A model generated the notes under the pieces. That model had not been told where the DNA came from and made no database searches. It saw only the letters and a program-made list of their open reading frames with translations. A stretch of 33,691 bases of DNA from positions 1-33,691 of the forward strand of contig NW_013546301.1 of assembly GCF_000760515.2 (NCBI RefSeq). The letters are read 5' to 3'. The stretch's first letter is position 1; each line of letters starts with the position of its first letter. The position numbers and the translations under genes were made by a program. Below are positions 1 through 14,123 of this stretch, in pieces. This DNA is from Mitosporidium daphniae. Its lineage: Eukaryota.

Positions 1-1717
1 CAAGGCGTTTTCAATGAAGACTCTTGAGTCGTCCCTGGACAAGAATCAAGTTCTGATTGAAGCTAAGGAGCTTAAGGAGGACCAGAACAAAATTCAAGGT
101 ACATTTTTATTGTCCCCATTAAACTGCAGACATTTCTTCCCTCCCTTGCCTTTCAGTTTCCGATATCCCAAAGGAGTCTCCATTGAAAACGCCTTGGGTA
201 AAGGCACAAAGATCTCGCGGATATGCGAATTTTGAATCAAACTTGGTCTGCTATTCAAGAACGGACTCTACCAATAATATTCTGTATTTGAAAATCTTGG
301 GAAACGACCTTTTTTCCAATGCTGATGTCCAAAGCCCGGAGCTTTTAGTGAGAAGCCTAATCCGGCTTCCCATTGTGATGGACTGCATATCGGAGATTGG
401 TGTTGAACACCGAACTATCGACGATTACACTGAAGATGTAAAACTCCACACAGGCGGCATATCTGTTGGTCTTGAGACCATCATTGATTATAAAGGTAGC
501 GATCGGGATCTTATTGTCATTCTAGATAACCAGAAATTTTCGATATTGCCGACCATCTCAACTCACGGATTGTCCCAAAATGTCCCTCGCTTGCTGGACC
601 TTATTGATGAGACCTTGAGAATACCCAATTTCAGTGACAAACTGCGCCTAAAAAACCTGATTTTGTCTTCAAGCTCGTCAGGCATAACGAGTATAGCAAA
701 TTCGGGCCACAGCTATGCAATTCTTTATGCGTCTGCTCCGTTTTCGCCTGGCTTGGTATTTTTTTTGGTTTATTCTTATGTTTAGCTGTGCAGAGAGGCT
801 TTGGAGGGAATTACTCAAATATTCTATCTTGATCACCTTTGTTCCCTGATTTCCTGCAAAGATGAAAATCCTGATTTGGATCGGTCAGTTTTAAAGTTCA
901 CAAAAGATTGGGAAGCAATAGTGTGCAGAGGAATTTGCGACCGATTTTCCATCTTGGGGGCGGAGGACTCTATAATAGCCTCGGCTGCGGAGACTGTTTT
1001 TGATATATTTTCTAATGGAGGCCCGTTAGCTTGCAAGGCTGGAGGTACCAGACTGCCGTTCTCCGAAGAAGATGCCAGTAAATTACCTATCCCTGATGGC
1101 ACCAATACATACTTTGACTTTCCATTTCCAGTATCATCCACTGCCACGTCATTCATGACCGTACCATGGTGCGATGACGACTCTCCAAAATTCAAGGTAT
1201 GTGTGATTAACAGTAATTCCGCTAGATTCTTGCATCCATCCTGTCGAGCAAATATCTTCATAGGGAAATAAGAGAAATTAACGGGGCATACGGCGGTGGC
1301 GCCTCTTTTTCCGACATCAGCGGGGTGTTTTCTTTTTACACATATCGCGACCCATATCCTCTCAAAAGTTTGGAAACCTTTCAGAAATCAATTGGCTGGA
1401 TCAAATCTGAAGATAACGGCCCAAACGACCAAGACATTTTGGAGGCCAAGCTTTCCATATTTAAATCCATGGATGCCCCAGTCGATATTGACTCTTTGGG
1501 CATGACCGAATTTATCCATCGAATCAGCAGTGAGGAAAGAGACGCACGAAGAAAAAAGTTACTATCGGTCACTCTGCATGATATCAAAGAGCTACTCAAT
1601 AGGGTTTGGCCAACCGGAGGCCAAGGACCGAAAGGCTGTTCAGTAATCATAGGTGGCGGAATATCTCCACCTGCCGATTGGAGGATAATTAAGGGACCAG
1701 GCTGTTCTCAAAGCTAA
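1..1717 (+). CDS. CYM1: Mitochondrial presequence protease (M16C, PreP/Cym1), 5'-truncated by the window; introns 99-129, 756-785, 1197-1225
   Basis: Splicing gives IQDISSLPCLSVSDIPK, SGHSYA, YLHREIREINGAYGGGA and FYTYRDP, all typical of the PreP/Cym1 C-terminal half; three GT-AG introns of 29-31 nt keep one continuous frame. Confidence 0.92.
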
Positions 1718-1866
1718 AATCAATAAAGAACCCCATAAACCACCAGCATGAGCATCATGATCATGATCATCGTTTCCCCTTGGTCCGCCGCAGCATTTAG
1801 CTGCCAATTGTCCAAAATACATTTTAAATTTTCTTTCCAGAGGAAATATTTTTAACTTGAATTTAC

Positions 1867-2467
1867 ATGGGCAAGACTCAGAGTACTATCACTTCTGAAA
1901 ATCTTGCCGACCTGACCAGGACCACATATTGTAAGCATACGCATGCTCTAACGTACAGTCGAAAAAAAGGAAATAGATCAATGGTATCAAGGATTCATTT
2001 CTGAAATTCCCCGCGGGTATCTCACCGCACACGATTTGAACAAATTGTACGAGCAATACTTTCCGTTTGGCGATACAACGACTTTTACCACGCTACTGTT
2101 CAATCTTTTTGACGAAGACAAAGATGGAAGGGTCATGTTTGACGACTATCTGCGCTCTCTCTCCATAATTGCCCGCGGAAAGTTTGCAGAAAAGCTTGTA
2201 TGGTCTTTCAGGTTTTACGATATTGACAATGACGGGTACATTTCAAGAGAAGAACTGCTGCTTGCCACTAACGCCATTTATAAAATGATCGAAAATATAG
2301 CCACACATCCAGAGGATGAGGATACGCCAGCCAAGCGGGTGGACAAGCTGTTTTCGCTTATGGATACAAACAAAGACGGCAAAATAGACTTGGACGAATA
2401 TTGCATCGGTGTAAAATCGGACCCATTTATGATACAATCTTTATTTTTGTATGATGGGCATATATAA
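1867..2467 (+). CDS. FRQ1: Frequenin / neuronal calcium sensor-1 (EF-hand protein, likely N-myristoylated); intron 1931-1958
   Basis: MGKTQS start (Gly2), spliced TYFEKKEIDQWYQGF, EF-hands DEDKDGRV, DIDNDGYISREE and DTNKDGKIDLDE, EDEDTPAKRVDKLF, C-terminal LYDG. Confidence 0.95.
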
Positions 2468-2641
2468 ATTTTTGTAAAGTTAAAATGGGCACGCGTTTGG
2501 GAATGTGAAAATTTGCTTTGAACGGTCAATCTATAATTAGAGCTGCACCGGTTGGTCTCTGTTACTTGAGAAATGATACTTCAATGGGAATCCGTTTCAG
2601 CACTCTTCATATAAAGAGCACTTATTGAGACCACGAACAGC

Positions 2642-3592
2642 ATGATGAAAGGCGAATGGATTTCAATCTCCATCGATGAAGACCAGTTGTATTATCCGGA
2701 ACCGAAGCGCGAAGCGGCAATCTACTGCACCAGCCCTTGTGTTGTGATAAATTCTTTTGAAAGCCTACAGCCGGCTTGTGAGAAATATTTCGACTCTAAA
2801 GAGCATGGCGGAGACGAGTTTTCTGGATTTCACTGGGCTAGGGCCAAAGAAGGCAATCAAAAGCTGTCTTTCCCCGCCAAAAGGTCTCCTGTATCGCCCC
2901 AAGATTCTTCAAATGCTAACATTTTACTTTACCGTGGACAATCGTTCGAGAAAAGCTTGGACAAAAGCTTGGAAAGTTCAGACGAGGATGATGATATGTC
3001 GATTGCGGACGATTTCGAAGACTATTATTCGGTAAGGGAAAGATATAAAAGCAGCTTTGAAGATTATGTGGTAAAAGAGGAGCAAGAGATGATACTTGAT
3101 GTTTTGATTGAAAATCTTGAAATCAATGTAAGCGATCATCAAGGCCGTGATAATGAGAACCATCATGGCGATGCTGATAATGAGAAAAATTCCGATTTCG
3201 ATTTCGATTTCGATTTCGATGCCGATCAAGACGACGATGATTTCAGCNGCATCTTTTCTGAGGGCCATTCTAGCAATGAGGTTGCCAACAAAAGCCTTAA
3301 CAAAGCGTCAAATTCTTCCTCCTTATCTTCGTTGGAATCTTTTTTGAACTTGAGAGCTTACTTTTTTAACAAGTACCTGTTGCTTGAGCAATTGAGAACG
3401 GGCCAAAATCAATTCGAACTATTTAACCAGGTCGCTATGATGACCATATCTGAGCCAACCGATCTACGTCCACGAAGCACATTGGAAATTGGAGAAAATA
3501 ATATATCAAGTGAAGAGGAACACGGCAGATTTACCGACTGCGACGAGCTTGAGGAAGAATTAACAATGTCTCTCCAATCGCCACTGAAATAG
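2642..3592 (+). CDS. Hypothetical acidic low-complexity protein (316 aa)
   Basis: Long uninterrupted D/E/S-rich ORF followed by AATAAA; no family recognised. Confidence 0.6.
   Translation: MMKGEWISISIDEDQLYYPEPKREAAIYCTSPCVVINSFESLQPACEKYFDSKEHGGDEFSGFHWARAKEGNQKLSFPAKRSPVSPQDSSNANILLYRGQSFEKSLDKSLESSDEDDDMSIADDFEDYYSVRERYKSSFEDYVVKEEQEMILDVLIENLEINVSDHQGRDNENHHGDADNEKNSDFDFDFDFDADQDDDDFSXIFSEGHSSNEVANKSLNKASNSSSLSSLESFLNLRAYFFNKYLLLEQLRTGQNQFELFNQVAMMTISEPTDLRPRSTLEIGENNISSEEEHGRFTDCDELEEELTMSLQSPLK
3194..3220 (+). repeat. (GATTTC)4.5 coding microsatellite encoding DFDFDFDFD
   Basis: Read directly from the sequence. Confidence 0.9.
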
Positions 3593-3807
3593 CAATTTTG
3601 GCTAGCCCTCCCAACTAAATAAAGAATTCAATTGAAATGTACGATTTCATTTTAATTTAGCAATCCAGGCAACCAACTCGCCAATCAAATTGTGGCTGCG
3701 TTTCAAATAAATCATAGATAGCCCTCGGGGTGGATCCTTTTATCCTCAATCTAGCTACGAGATTCCTGCTACGCTGTACCAGTTGCTGACAGACATAACC
3801 ATTTAGT

Positions 3808-6312
3808 ATGATGCAAACCGAGTGCTACACGACAGCTGTACCGATGCCTTCATCACCCAAGCAGATTGCCTCCAACGAGGTCGACATTAGTGTGATGGCC
3901 TTGCATTATCCCACACAAATTTCTTATCTGTATTCCAAGGGAATTTCCAACCTTACAAGTAAGCCCATCTGCTTATGCATGTATCGTTACAGGCCGCCAT
4001 GGGTTTTCGCCCGAAAAGCTTGCAAAAATATCGAATGCGCAATTCATCGACTTGTCTACTGATATTTTTGACGATATTAAAAGAAGAGAGGGTCTAAGCA
4101 ACCAAAGCCCCGCGCAGCCTTCAAATCAAATCCATTCAGAAAGGCGCATCCAAGCAAGGGGGAAACTTTCCATGCTTAGCGAGGACAAGTTTCTTGAAAT
4201 CATCAAGGATGTTGTGTCAGAATGGACTCTTCGCTTTCCTGAACACATTGTTTCCTCGCAGAGCGATGCCAAAGTTTCGTTTCAAAAGAGAAAGGCACCA
4301 AGAGTAAGCACCTCTGGCCTTTCGGAGCACATGAAGCCATTTGATCAAGAAGAACGCGACGCAAAATCGGCTGGAAGATTTTCCTTCTTTAATAAGAAGA
4401 TAGAAAAGTTATTTGCGTTTGGCGTATGATTTTTGTTTATGCCAACTTTGTATAGAAGCAGGGTTCACACCGGGATCATCGTAGCCTCAAGTCGCCATCC
4501 CAACCGGTCTCTCCCACGTTCAGCGTTTCAAGCAAAAAAGTTCCATTTGATTTTGGATCCATCGAGTCGCTTCTGACCGAAATTTCTTCAAAATCCAAGC
4601 ATAATCCCGAAATCGACACCTCGCTTCTCGATTCAAGCTATTCTCTATTTTCTGGAGAATTTGAAAAGAAAATTCGGGACCAATCGCACATAATCTCGTC
4701 TCAAAAGGAAATAATTACCANACAGCAACTTGAGATTGAGAAGCTTAGAAATGAAGCAAATATCGTATCAAAGGTATTGCATTTCACTCGCCAATTTCCA
4801 TCCTAGGAACTCAATGACTTGAAAAGGGAAAATAGCGAATCCGATAAAAAGTGTTCTCTCCTTCATACCCAAATACTCAACCTTGAGCTTGCTCTTAATC
4901 GCGAAAAAGCGTCCTCTGCCCTATTGGAAGAACAGGTATCCCCTCCAGCATTATTAATCCGTGTAGAAAAATAAGCTAAATCAAGAAGTTATAGGCGCCT
5001 CTGCTCTTTTGACCTCGGCCTGTTCAGGTACCATTAGGAGTGTTTTTACAAAAAAGAAAACGCGCCCCAAATCCCATCCCTTGCCAGCATTCTCGGGGTT
5101 CCTAGTCTGATTGGATACATTAGGAGTATGCATCCTTTAAATAGCATTTTGGCTCTTTCAGACCATTTTATCCTTACGATTAACAAGTCGCCCAATGCTA
5201 CGGACATTGCCTCTGTCATGAAGGCATATACGGTGCACATCAAAAAATATCTTGTCTCTGTTGAGAAGCTGGAGAAAGAATTTTCTGCCCTCAAGGTTGT
5301 TTCAAAGAAAAAGGACGATGATAAGGTTGCTGAGCCCTCTTCGTCCGGCGGTCGACTTTCTCTTTCGTTGCCCTCAAAAGTGATCCTCAATTCGTCAAAA
5401 AATCTTAGAGTAAAATGCACCACGTCCCTTGGTATCATTTTAAAGCTATTGAAGATTGCCTTTGGAGATGAAAACCAATTTCCTTTGGCTGAGACGATTC
5501 GGCAGATTGAAATGCTAATTCACGATGTTGGCATTCTTCTTTGGAGGATAAGTCAGGCGAAAACCCTTTTTTTGATAGCACTTGAAAGATTTACTGTGGC
5601 AACGGTCGGTGATGCCTATCAAGAAGAAATCATAAAATCCGCCGAAGAGGCCAATTTTCAAGCTCAGCATATAACATCTCCGTCGATCAAGAAAAAAGAT
5701 GATGTGCATATGATCTGCGATGAGGAAGAAACATCTTCGACCCCTCCTTTGAGCGCTCTCGATCTTGATTCCTCCTCGACCGATGCTATTTTAAAGCCCA
5801 AATCGGACAAGTTTGACTGTATAAAGGTACAAGGCATCTTTGTTGATTTTTAGGCGGATATTGAGGAAAAAACGGACAAAATCATCCAAATTGTGCAAAG
5901 CCTGCTGCTCCAACTTGCTGCATCGTCAAAAAATGGCCAGGAGCCCCCAATTTCCATCTTCCAATCGACAAAGCTCTGCAATGTGCTTTCACAGGTTATC
6001 ATTTATTCGAATGGCCTTCTGGAGCGGTCCAAGGAGTTTATTACGCTTCCGGCTATGCTCCATCAAAGGATGAATTCCGAGGCTGCCATGTGCAATCTTG
6101 AAATAGCGGCTGGCACGTTTGGCGCGATCAAGCAACTTATTTTCCAAAAAAGAGCCGATGGAAGTAGCGAAAATGTTGAATCCACCATTGAGGATGTTGC
6201 CCGTGCCCAGCTAGTTGATGCCTGCCACTGCCTGATCAAAGCTACCAGAGACTTTCACTGCATTCTTGACCGAGTAGCTAATGTCAACCATCGACACAGC
6301 AGTAATAATTGA
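3808..6312 (+). CDS. SPA2: Spa2/GIT-family polarity scaffold; introns 3959-3992, 4424-4455, 4774-4806, 4936-4966, 5028-5056, 5827-5853; true start may lie further upstream
   Basis: Two Spa2-homology (SHD/GIT) repeats, EKLAKISNAQFIDLSTDIFDDIKRR and QARGKLSMLSEDKFLEIIKDVVSEWTLRFP, then a coiled coil and a helical C-terminus; six 27-34 nt introns join the ORF fragments in frame. Confidence 0.8.
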
Positions 6313-6396
6313 ATAGATTTTTTGAATGCCAATAAATTAATACCTTGAATAATTTAATGGACCCTCTTTAATTTGCTTGTAACTTTACACCACAAC

Positions 6397-7065
6397 ATGT
6401 CGTTTGTATTTCCGGGGCAAAAAATCGTCCCTTCCAATAAGATCACGCCAGCCAGGTCCGAGGCGATGCTTGCCGAAGCGGGGCTATATCGCAGCTTGGA
6501 AGATTCGTTTTTGCATGCCTCGCTTTTTGGAAGGCTCTCGGTCATCAGCAGCGGAAATACACGCTCAACGTCCTTTAGCATTCTGCCCCCATTCTGCAAT
6601 ACCAAGATTGAGGATACACACCGCATTGGTCCAGTTACTTCCCATCCAAAGGCTGGTGATTTGGTGATCGGAAAGGTTACAAAAATCTCACAGAGAAATG
6701 TTTCCGTCACCATTCTTCTTTTGGCCGTTGATTCCACCAACTACTCGCGGTGCTCTGCAGGCCATTCCGGAATCATTCGCCTGAATGACATCTATAATCG
6801 GATTCTTGGAGAGAATACACAGCACGTTGCCATTTCTGCCTTTAGGCCCGGAGATATTGTTCGAGTTCGTGTGCTTGCAATAGCAGAGGGAAATATCTAC
6901 TACCTCTCAAGCGCCTCTGCAGATTTGGGCGTAATATACGCACGTAACTCAACAACAGGAAATCCTATGACGCCCGTTTCGGCAGAAGAAATGATATGTC
7001 CTTTAAGCAGTCAAATAGAGCCAAGAAAAGTTGCTGCCGTGGACACAATAAAAGACACCAAATAA
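6397..7065 (+). CDS. CSL4: Exosome cap subunit Csl4 (EXOSC1), intronless
   Basis: N-terminal VFPGQ, S1 domain PKAGDLVIGKVTKI, FRPGDIVRVRV, YYLSSASADLGV, C-terminal MICP...EPRKVA. Confidence 0.93.
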   Translation: MSFVFPGQKIVPSNKITPARSEAMLAEAGLYRSLEDSFLHASLFGRLSVISSGNTRSTSFSILPPFCNTKIEDTHRIGPVTSHPKAGDLVIGKVTKISQRNVSVTILLLAVDSTNYSRCSAGHSGIIRLNDIYNRILGENTQHVAISAFRPGDIVRVRVLAIAEGNIYYLSSASADLGVIYARNSTTGNPMTPVSAEEMICPLSSQIEPRKVAAVDTIKDTK

Positions 7066-7070
7066 TGCCA

Positions 7071-7950
7071 TCATTGACTCAAGCGAGGGAATACCTTTAA
7101 AAAGTAGTCGGGAAAAGGCGCATCCACACGCAGTGCGGAGCCTCCTTGAAGCAATGGGGGAAGTAGAATGGACCTGCAATGAAGGAACAGGCTATTTCTA
7201 CCGCTAGGCAAACCAACTTTCCCAGCAGCAGAGGTGCAACACAAACCAGTAATTGCCCTACTTAGGTTCAAATTGCCTTGATACAAATAATCGCCAAGAA
7301 TAGGTGCATTTAGCTCTTTGGCACAATGAATGCGAAGCTGATGCGTACGTCCCGTGATTGGACGCAAGCTTACAAGCGCGATTTTCTTTGAACAGAAAGA
7401 GCTGATCGCCAAAATCCTGTAGTCGGTAATGCAAGGCTTGCCATCGGCCTGATCATTTGTCAAGGGAAATCTGGGCCTGATCGAGGAGCTAATCCTGGAG
7501 GGTAAGCGCACCTTGTCATATACACCTACCTTGTGTAGACTGAAGAAACCATGTGTTCGTCCCAACTGCTTGGAGCCTCAACGACCGCAAAATACTGCTT
7601 TTTAATCGTACCACAAGAGGAGAACAGAAACGAAAGTTTTCGAGCAATCGAATCTCTCCTTGCTAGCAGCAAAACTCCAGTCGTGTTCTAAAGAATGGGA
7701 AGCCGCCGCTTACTTTATCTAGTCTGTGAACAATGAAGGGTGTATGCTTATTTTCAAACATAAAATGATGCAGTACACTAAAGAGAGAAGGTCCGTAGGG
7801 TTTGTTGCTCAATAAAGCCGACTCGCCTTTGCAGGGGCCATGGACCGGTAAAAATGCTGGTTTATTTATGGCTATGAGATTTTTGTCGCGGTAAATAACT
7901 TGGTCAAGCAAGTAATTGGCGAACATTTGGGACTTGATTGTCGATTTCAT
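7071..7950 (-). CDS. RluA-family pseudouridine synthase (probably mitochondrial); introns 7688-7713, 7495-7529
   Basis: AINKPAFLPVHG, catalytic HRLDK spliced to NTTGVLLLA, PITGRTHQLRIH, PILGDYLY, LFLHC. Confidence 0.9.
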
Positions 7951-8004
7951 GTTAAAATTTGCTGAATTTTAAATTAATTTTATTTCAGTAGAGGCAAGGT
8001 CCAC

Positions 8005-10050
8005 ATGCCATACTCTGATGAATCTCCTCGAGATTTTTCCAATCGGCGAAAGACACCTCTGAGGTTGTGGAAGCCTCCGCCAATGTCCTTGATGCGTGAG
8101 CGGATCGACGAGTATGGTTCCGACAGACGCTCATTTCGGGACGAGTATGGTGCCGACAGACGCTCATTTCGGGACGAGTATCATTCAAATGGACGCTCAT
8201 TTGGGAGAGATGACCAGAGAAATAGGGAACTTGCTTCGCAATATGCGGAGCCATCATCACCCAGAAGGTCCCTAGATGGTCATTCTAGATACCAGAGAGG
8301 TAATAGAGAATATCACCACGAAAAGGAATATCACTCCCGAGAATATCATCCACGGGAACACCACCAAAGAAAAAGTTATTCTCCTAGTGAACGTGAATAC
8401 GCAAAAACAGATCATTATGAACACGCGGCTTTTCAAGAAAAACCTACAAACCCAAAATCTCCACATTTACTTTATCCACACAATCAATACCACACCGATA
8501 CGGAGACAAGGAAAACATTGCCCAGGATCAATTCAGATGGTCAAACAATTCGAACGATCGATCAGTTTAACAGCATTAGATCGCAATCGCGTTCAACAGA
8601 AAAAAAGCCATCTCGGCAACACGAGATCGAAAGGAGAAGAAGCTCTGGGACCGACTCCTTTTCCGATATTTCTTCTTCCAGCTGCTCGCCGCCTTTAAGG
8701 GAAGAAAAATCGCCAAGCTCGGCAAAAGGAGCAGCATCATGTACCAAAAAATGCCTCTCATCACAACAGCTCACGACCAAGATGCCATTGCCACCGCAAG
8801 GAACCAAAGAATCATCAAGGCCACCGACAGAAACAATGACACCACCAAAAAGCTTGTCGCAGCTGTCTAGAAAGGATTTGGAACAACTTATCCCACACAT
8901 GAATGACATTGACGCGAAATATGAGAAAATCTCTCAAATTGGCGAAGGTACATACGGAAAGGTATTTAAGGGAGCTGTGAAAAACCCCATCGGTGCGCAA
9001 CAATACGTGGCCATGAAGAAGGTCAGAATGGAGTGTGAAAAGGAAGGGTTTCCCATCACGGCCACGCGCGAGATCAAAATCCTTTCTTCAATCGCGCACA
9101 AGAATATCATCCAGCTAATCGAAATTGTAACATCAAAAGGTACCATTTTTCGTTCTAATGGCCAGAGTCTGTGTATATGGTTTTTGATTACATGGAATAC
9201 GATCTTGCGGCTCTTATCTCCCAGGCCGCCACAGAGCTTCAGATCCGCCATGTAAAATATCTGATCAGGGAAGTGTTGGAGGCCATGGCTTATCTTCACG
9301 AAAACAAGATTTTGCATCGGGATATCAAGAGTACCTATTCCGATCGATTACTCATCATAGGTTCCAATGTTTTGCTCTCGCGCAAAGGCATCGTTAAACT
9401 AGCGGATTTTGGTCTCGCCCGCAGCTTTGCCAAAAGCCAGATGACACACATGACAAATCGGGTTATTACTTTATGGTATCGGCCGCCGGAACTATTACTC
9501 GGATCTTCGACATACGACTCTTCCGTAGACATGTGGGGTGTCGGGTAATCGCTGACAAGATTATCTGTAGATCACTTCTGGCGGAATGGCTATTGAAATC
9601 AGCCCCCTTTCAGGGATCCACAGAAATATCGCAGCTGATGGCAATCTTTTCCGTTCTAGGAAACGGCGCCTCTCTTCCGGATTGGTCCGATTGCCCCACT
9701 CTTGCGGCGCTGCCGTGGAGCAGGTGGATCCACCCTCCGAAGGAGTATCAGCCCAGAGTTTTAGAAGCAAAGCTCAGAGAGATTGGATTGTCCGAGCTCG
9801 GTTGCGAGTTCGTCGCTTCGTTCTTGCAAATGGAGCCCACAAAGAGGATCTCCGCCAAAGCAGCATTGCAACACCCCTTCTTCCGGGAGGAGCCGCTGCC
9901 TGCGCAGCCGGAAGAGTAAGCATGAGATTGATAATTTCCGGTAGACTTCCCTTCATCGAGGGAGACTGGCATGAATTTGAGGTCAAAAAAAATACTAAAC
10001 GTGCAAGGCGACCCGATGGTGACGATCAAATTACAATTAGTAAAAAGTAG
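8005..10050 (+). CDS. CTK1: CTD kinase Ctk1/Lsk1/CDK12 family; introns 9140-9165, 9331-9360, 9545-9570, 9916-9944
   Basis: R/S-rich N-terminus, IGEGTYGKV, EKEGFPITATREIK, spliced HRDIKSSNVLL, DFGLAR, MTNRVITLWYRPPELLLG, C-terminal EGDWHEFE. Confidence 0.9.
8107..8205 (+). repeat. 33-nt coding tandem repeat x3 (DEYGSDRRSFR-like) in the Ctk1 N-terminus
   Basis: Unit gacgagtatggt(t/g)ccgacagacgctcatttcgg at 8107 and 8140, degenerate copy at 8173. Confidence 0.85.
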
Positions 10051-10102
10051 TTCGTTTTCAATTTTAAAAATTGTACACATTCAAATTCAGCCCTCATCTG
10101 AG

Positions 10103-11816
<1,714 letters not shown>

Positions 11817-11861
11817 ATTAAGTGTTACAAATTTGTACTTTTTTATTTGTTTGTCATTTCA

Positions 11862-12177
11862 TTAAATGTATGTCGTTACAGTGCCAACATTTGTATGCTG
11901 ATTTGGACGCGGATGGCTTATTTTCAATTGGAGATCCTCGATGCTGCTGATTTCTTTTCTGGATCTATAATAGTACCATCCTGCAAAGACATACCCTTCG
12001 ATAAATTGATTATCACATACCTGGAACGATGCCGGCCACTGAGAGCAGTGTGGAGAGCAGCACCCACCTGTTGGCAAATCCCCTGGACCGCACGGCAACA
12101 AGTATTGGCGGTATTATTACAGCTGTAAAGACCGCTGCAGTCATATAGGGCGATGTTTCCGCCCCAAAATTCACCAT
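11862..12177 (-). CDS. Pmp3/Sna (UPF0057) small two-TM proteolipid; intron 11996-12020
   Basis: Spliced MVNFGAETSPYMTAAVFTAVIIPPILVAVRSRG...LLSTLLSVAGIVPGYVFAGWYYY fits the Pmp3 pattern (PP..V...G...PG..A.Y). Confidence 0.75.
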
Positions 12178-12286
12178 CTCCAATGGAGAATGGAAAATTT
12201 CCACAAAAGTATTGCAAAATTAATTGGAACAATTTTTCCCCAATAAAATAAACACGCACAATTTGCGTTTGGGTGTACATTTTCCA

Positions 12287-13413
12287 ATGCTTAAATCGGC
12301 GTTTGTAAAATTGGTGGAAGTTGGCCCCAGGGATGGGTTGCAATCCGCCTGTAAAGTATTGCAGCCCGAGCAGAGGGCAATTCTTATTAAATTGTTGGCG
12401 CACGCAGGACTGACCTCAATTGAGGGCGGCAGCTTTGTTTCCCCCAAATGGGTTCCAACCGTACACATGGATGACGCGTGGGTTATTCTTAACTTTTAGA
12501 TGGAACACTCAAGCCTGGTATTTGAGCGTTTGAAGAGAGACAATGAGCCCTTATTGCCATTAAATGCATACTCTTTTCTTGTCCCCAATAAAAGGGGGCT
12601 TGAGGCGGCATTGAATGCCGGCGTAAGCAACATTGCTGTTTTTGGATCGACCACAGAGTCTTTTTCGATGAAGAACCTTAATTGCTCCATTTCGGCTAGC
12701 ATGCAGGCCTTTGAGGATATCATTTTCGAGGCAAAAACGAGAAACCCCAACATAACGATAAGAGGGTTCATTTTCCATTGCTACGCTGACCTTTAGTTAC
12801 TTGTCCTGTGTTTTGGGCTGTCCTTATGAAGGACTGGAAATCGATCCAAAAAGAGTTGCCTGTTTAGCAAAGCAATACATAGACATGGGATGCTCTGAAG
12901 TATCCCTTGGGGATACAATAGGAGCTGGAACCCCCCGTAATTTGAAAAGATCCTATTTTGTATTAGAGCGATCGGAGCAATTAATTGAGGCAGTTTCTAA
13001 TCAAATAGCCCTTCCTAAAATTGCTATGCACTTTCACAACACATATGGGCAGGCCCTTGCAAACATATGGGCATCGCTAAAAGTACACCTTTGCACATAA
13101 ACATAGGCTGGAATACGCATCTTTGATTGCTCCATTGCCGGATTAGGTTAGCTAACTTGATTAACGCCATCAAAGGAGGCTGTCCCTATGCAAAATCTGC
13201 AACCGGAAACGTGGCAACTGAAGACGTTGTATATATGCTTCAAGGAACAAAATACGATCCAGGCGTCGATTTGGATAAGCTCAAGATCGCAAGCGATTAC
13301 ATTCTGCATCAATTGGGTATTTTCCATCCACCATGGCTTATTATATGGTAGGGCAGCGAGAGTCTGGATCGTTCGTCGGTCGAATAATGGGAAACAAAAG
13401 GCTGCATAAATAG
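12287..13413 (+). CDS. HMGCL: Hydroxymethylglutaryl-CoA lyase; introns 12461-12499, 12766-12796, 12937-12966, 13083-13106, 13147-13175 and probably 13317-13351
   Basis: VEVGPRDGLQ, SFVSPKWVP, RGYLSCVLGCPYEG, SLGDTIG, HFHNTYGQALAN, GLGGCPYAKSATGNVATED. Confidence 0.95.
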
Positions 13414-13564
13414 TGACGGCCATTTATTAATTGACAATAAAACCTTTCAATGTGCGTGAAACACATCCCGTTAGCGCTTGATTGCTGATAAATTTCGCAA
13501 TTGAGAGGTGACTTGGCCCTATAAATTGGGGGCTTGGCGCAGATCGACCGACACACGCATACAC

Positions 13565-14074
13565 ATGATATTCAAAACAATCCTCGCTTCCTCTCTATTG
13601 CTCTCCGTTTTAGGTCAGGTATGCTTGGCCGATGGCAGTATCCACGAAAATTCAGATCCCGATACTGCTTCTGCATGCGGAAGCGTGGCACACGCTGGTA
13701 AGATCAAGTTGGGTGCCAAGGAACGAGAGCGAGAAGATCCACGTTGCCCTTACCGCGAAAGAAGAGGCTGCACTGGCCGTGGCGCCAAAGGCTACGATCA
13801 GTTTGACGGCCCATATGGGGCTAGAGATCGCGACGATTTTGATGGTCCATATGGGGCTAGGGAGCGCGACGATTTTGATGGTCCATATGGGGCTAGGGAG
13901 CGCGACGATTTTGACGGCACATATGGAGCTAGGGAACGAGGCCGATTTGATATTGAAGCTATACGAGGCTATCATGACGACCCTTCTCGGCCTGATCGCG
14001 ATCACCACCACGATATGGAATCTTATGATGACCCGTATCGCTATCGCGAGAGAGATTATGGATATTACTATTAG
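13565..14074 (+). CDS. Orphan secreted protein with a signal peptide and 12-aa tandem repeats (DFDGPYGARERD), D/R/Y-rich
   Basis: Hydrophobic N-terminus MIFKTILASSLLLSVLGQVCLA, TATA-like TATAAA about 45 nt upstream, AATAAA just after the stop, intact 169-aa ORF. Confidence 0.8.
   Translation: MIFKTILASSLLLSVLGQVCLADGSIHENSDPDTASACGSVAHAGKIKLGAKEREREDPRCPYRERRGCTGRGAKGYDQFDGPYGARDRDDFDGPYGARERDDFDGPYGARERDDFDGTYGARERGRFDIEAIRGYHDDPSRPDRDHHHDMESYDDPYRYRERDYGYYY
13799..13942 (+). repeat. 36-nt coding tandem repeat x4 (two copies identical)
   Basis: gattttgatggtccatatggggctagggagcgcgac at 13835 and 13871, with variants at 13799 and 13907. Confidence 0.95.
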
Positions 14075-14123
14075 AATAAACATATCATTGCAACGATACA
14101 ATTTATTCAATACAAGTGGGTTG

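Noticed and set aside
3637..3807. Extra upstream Spa2 exons suggested by several GT-AG tracts
   Set aside because: I could not link them to an in-frame ATG; left as start-site uncertainty
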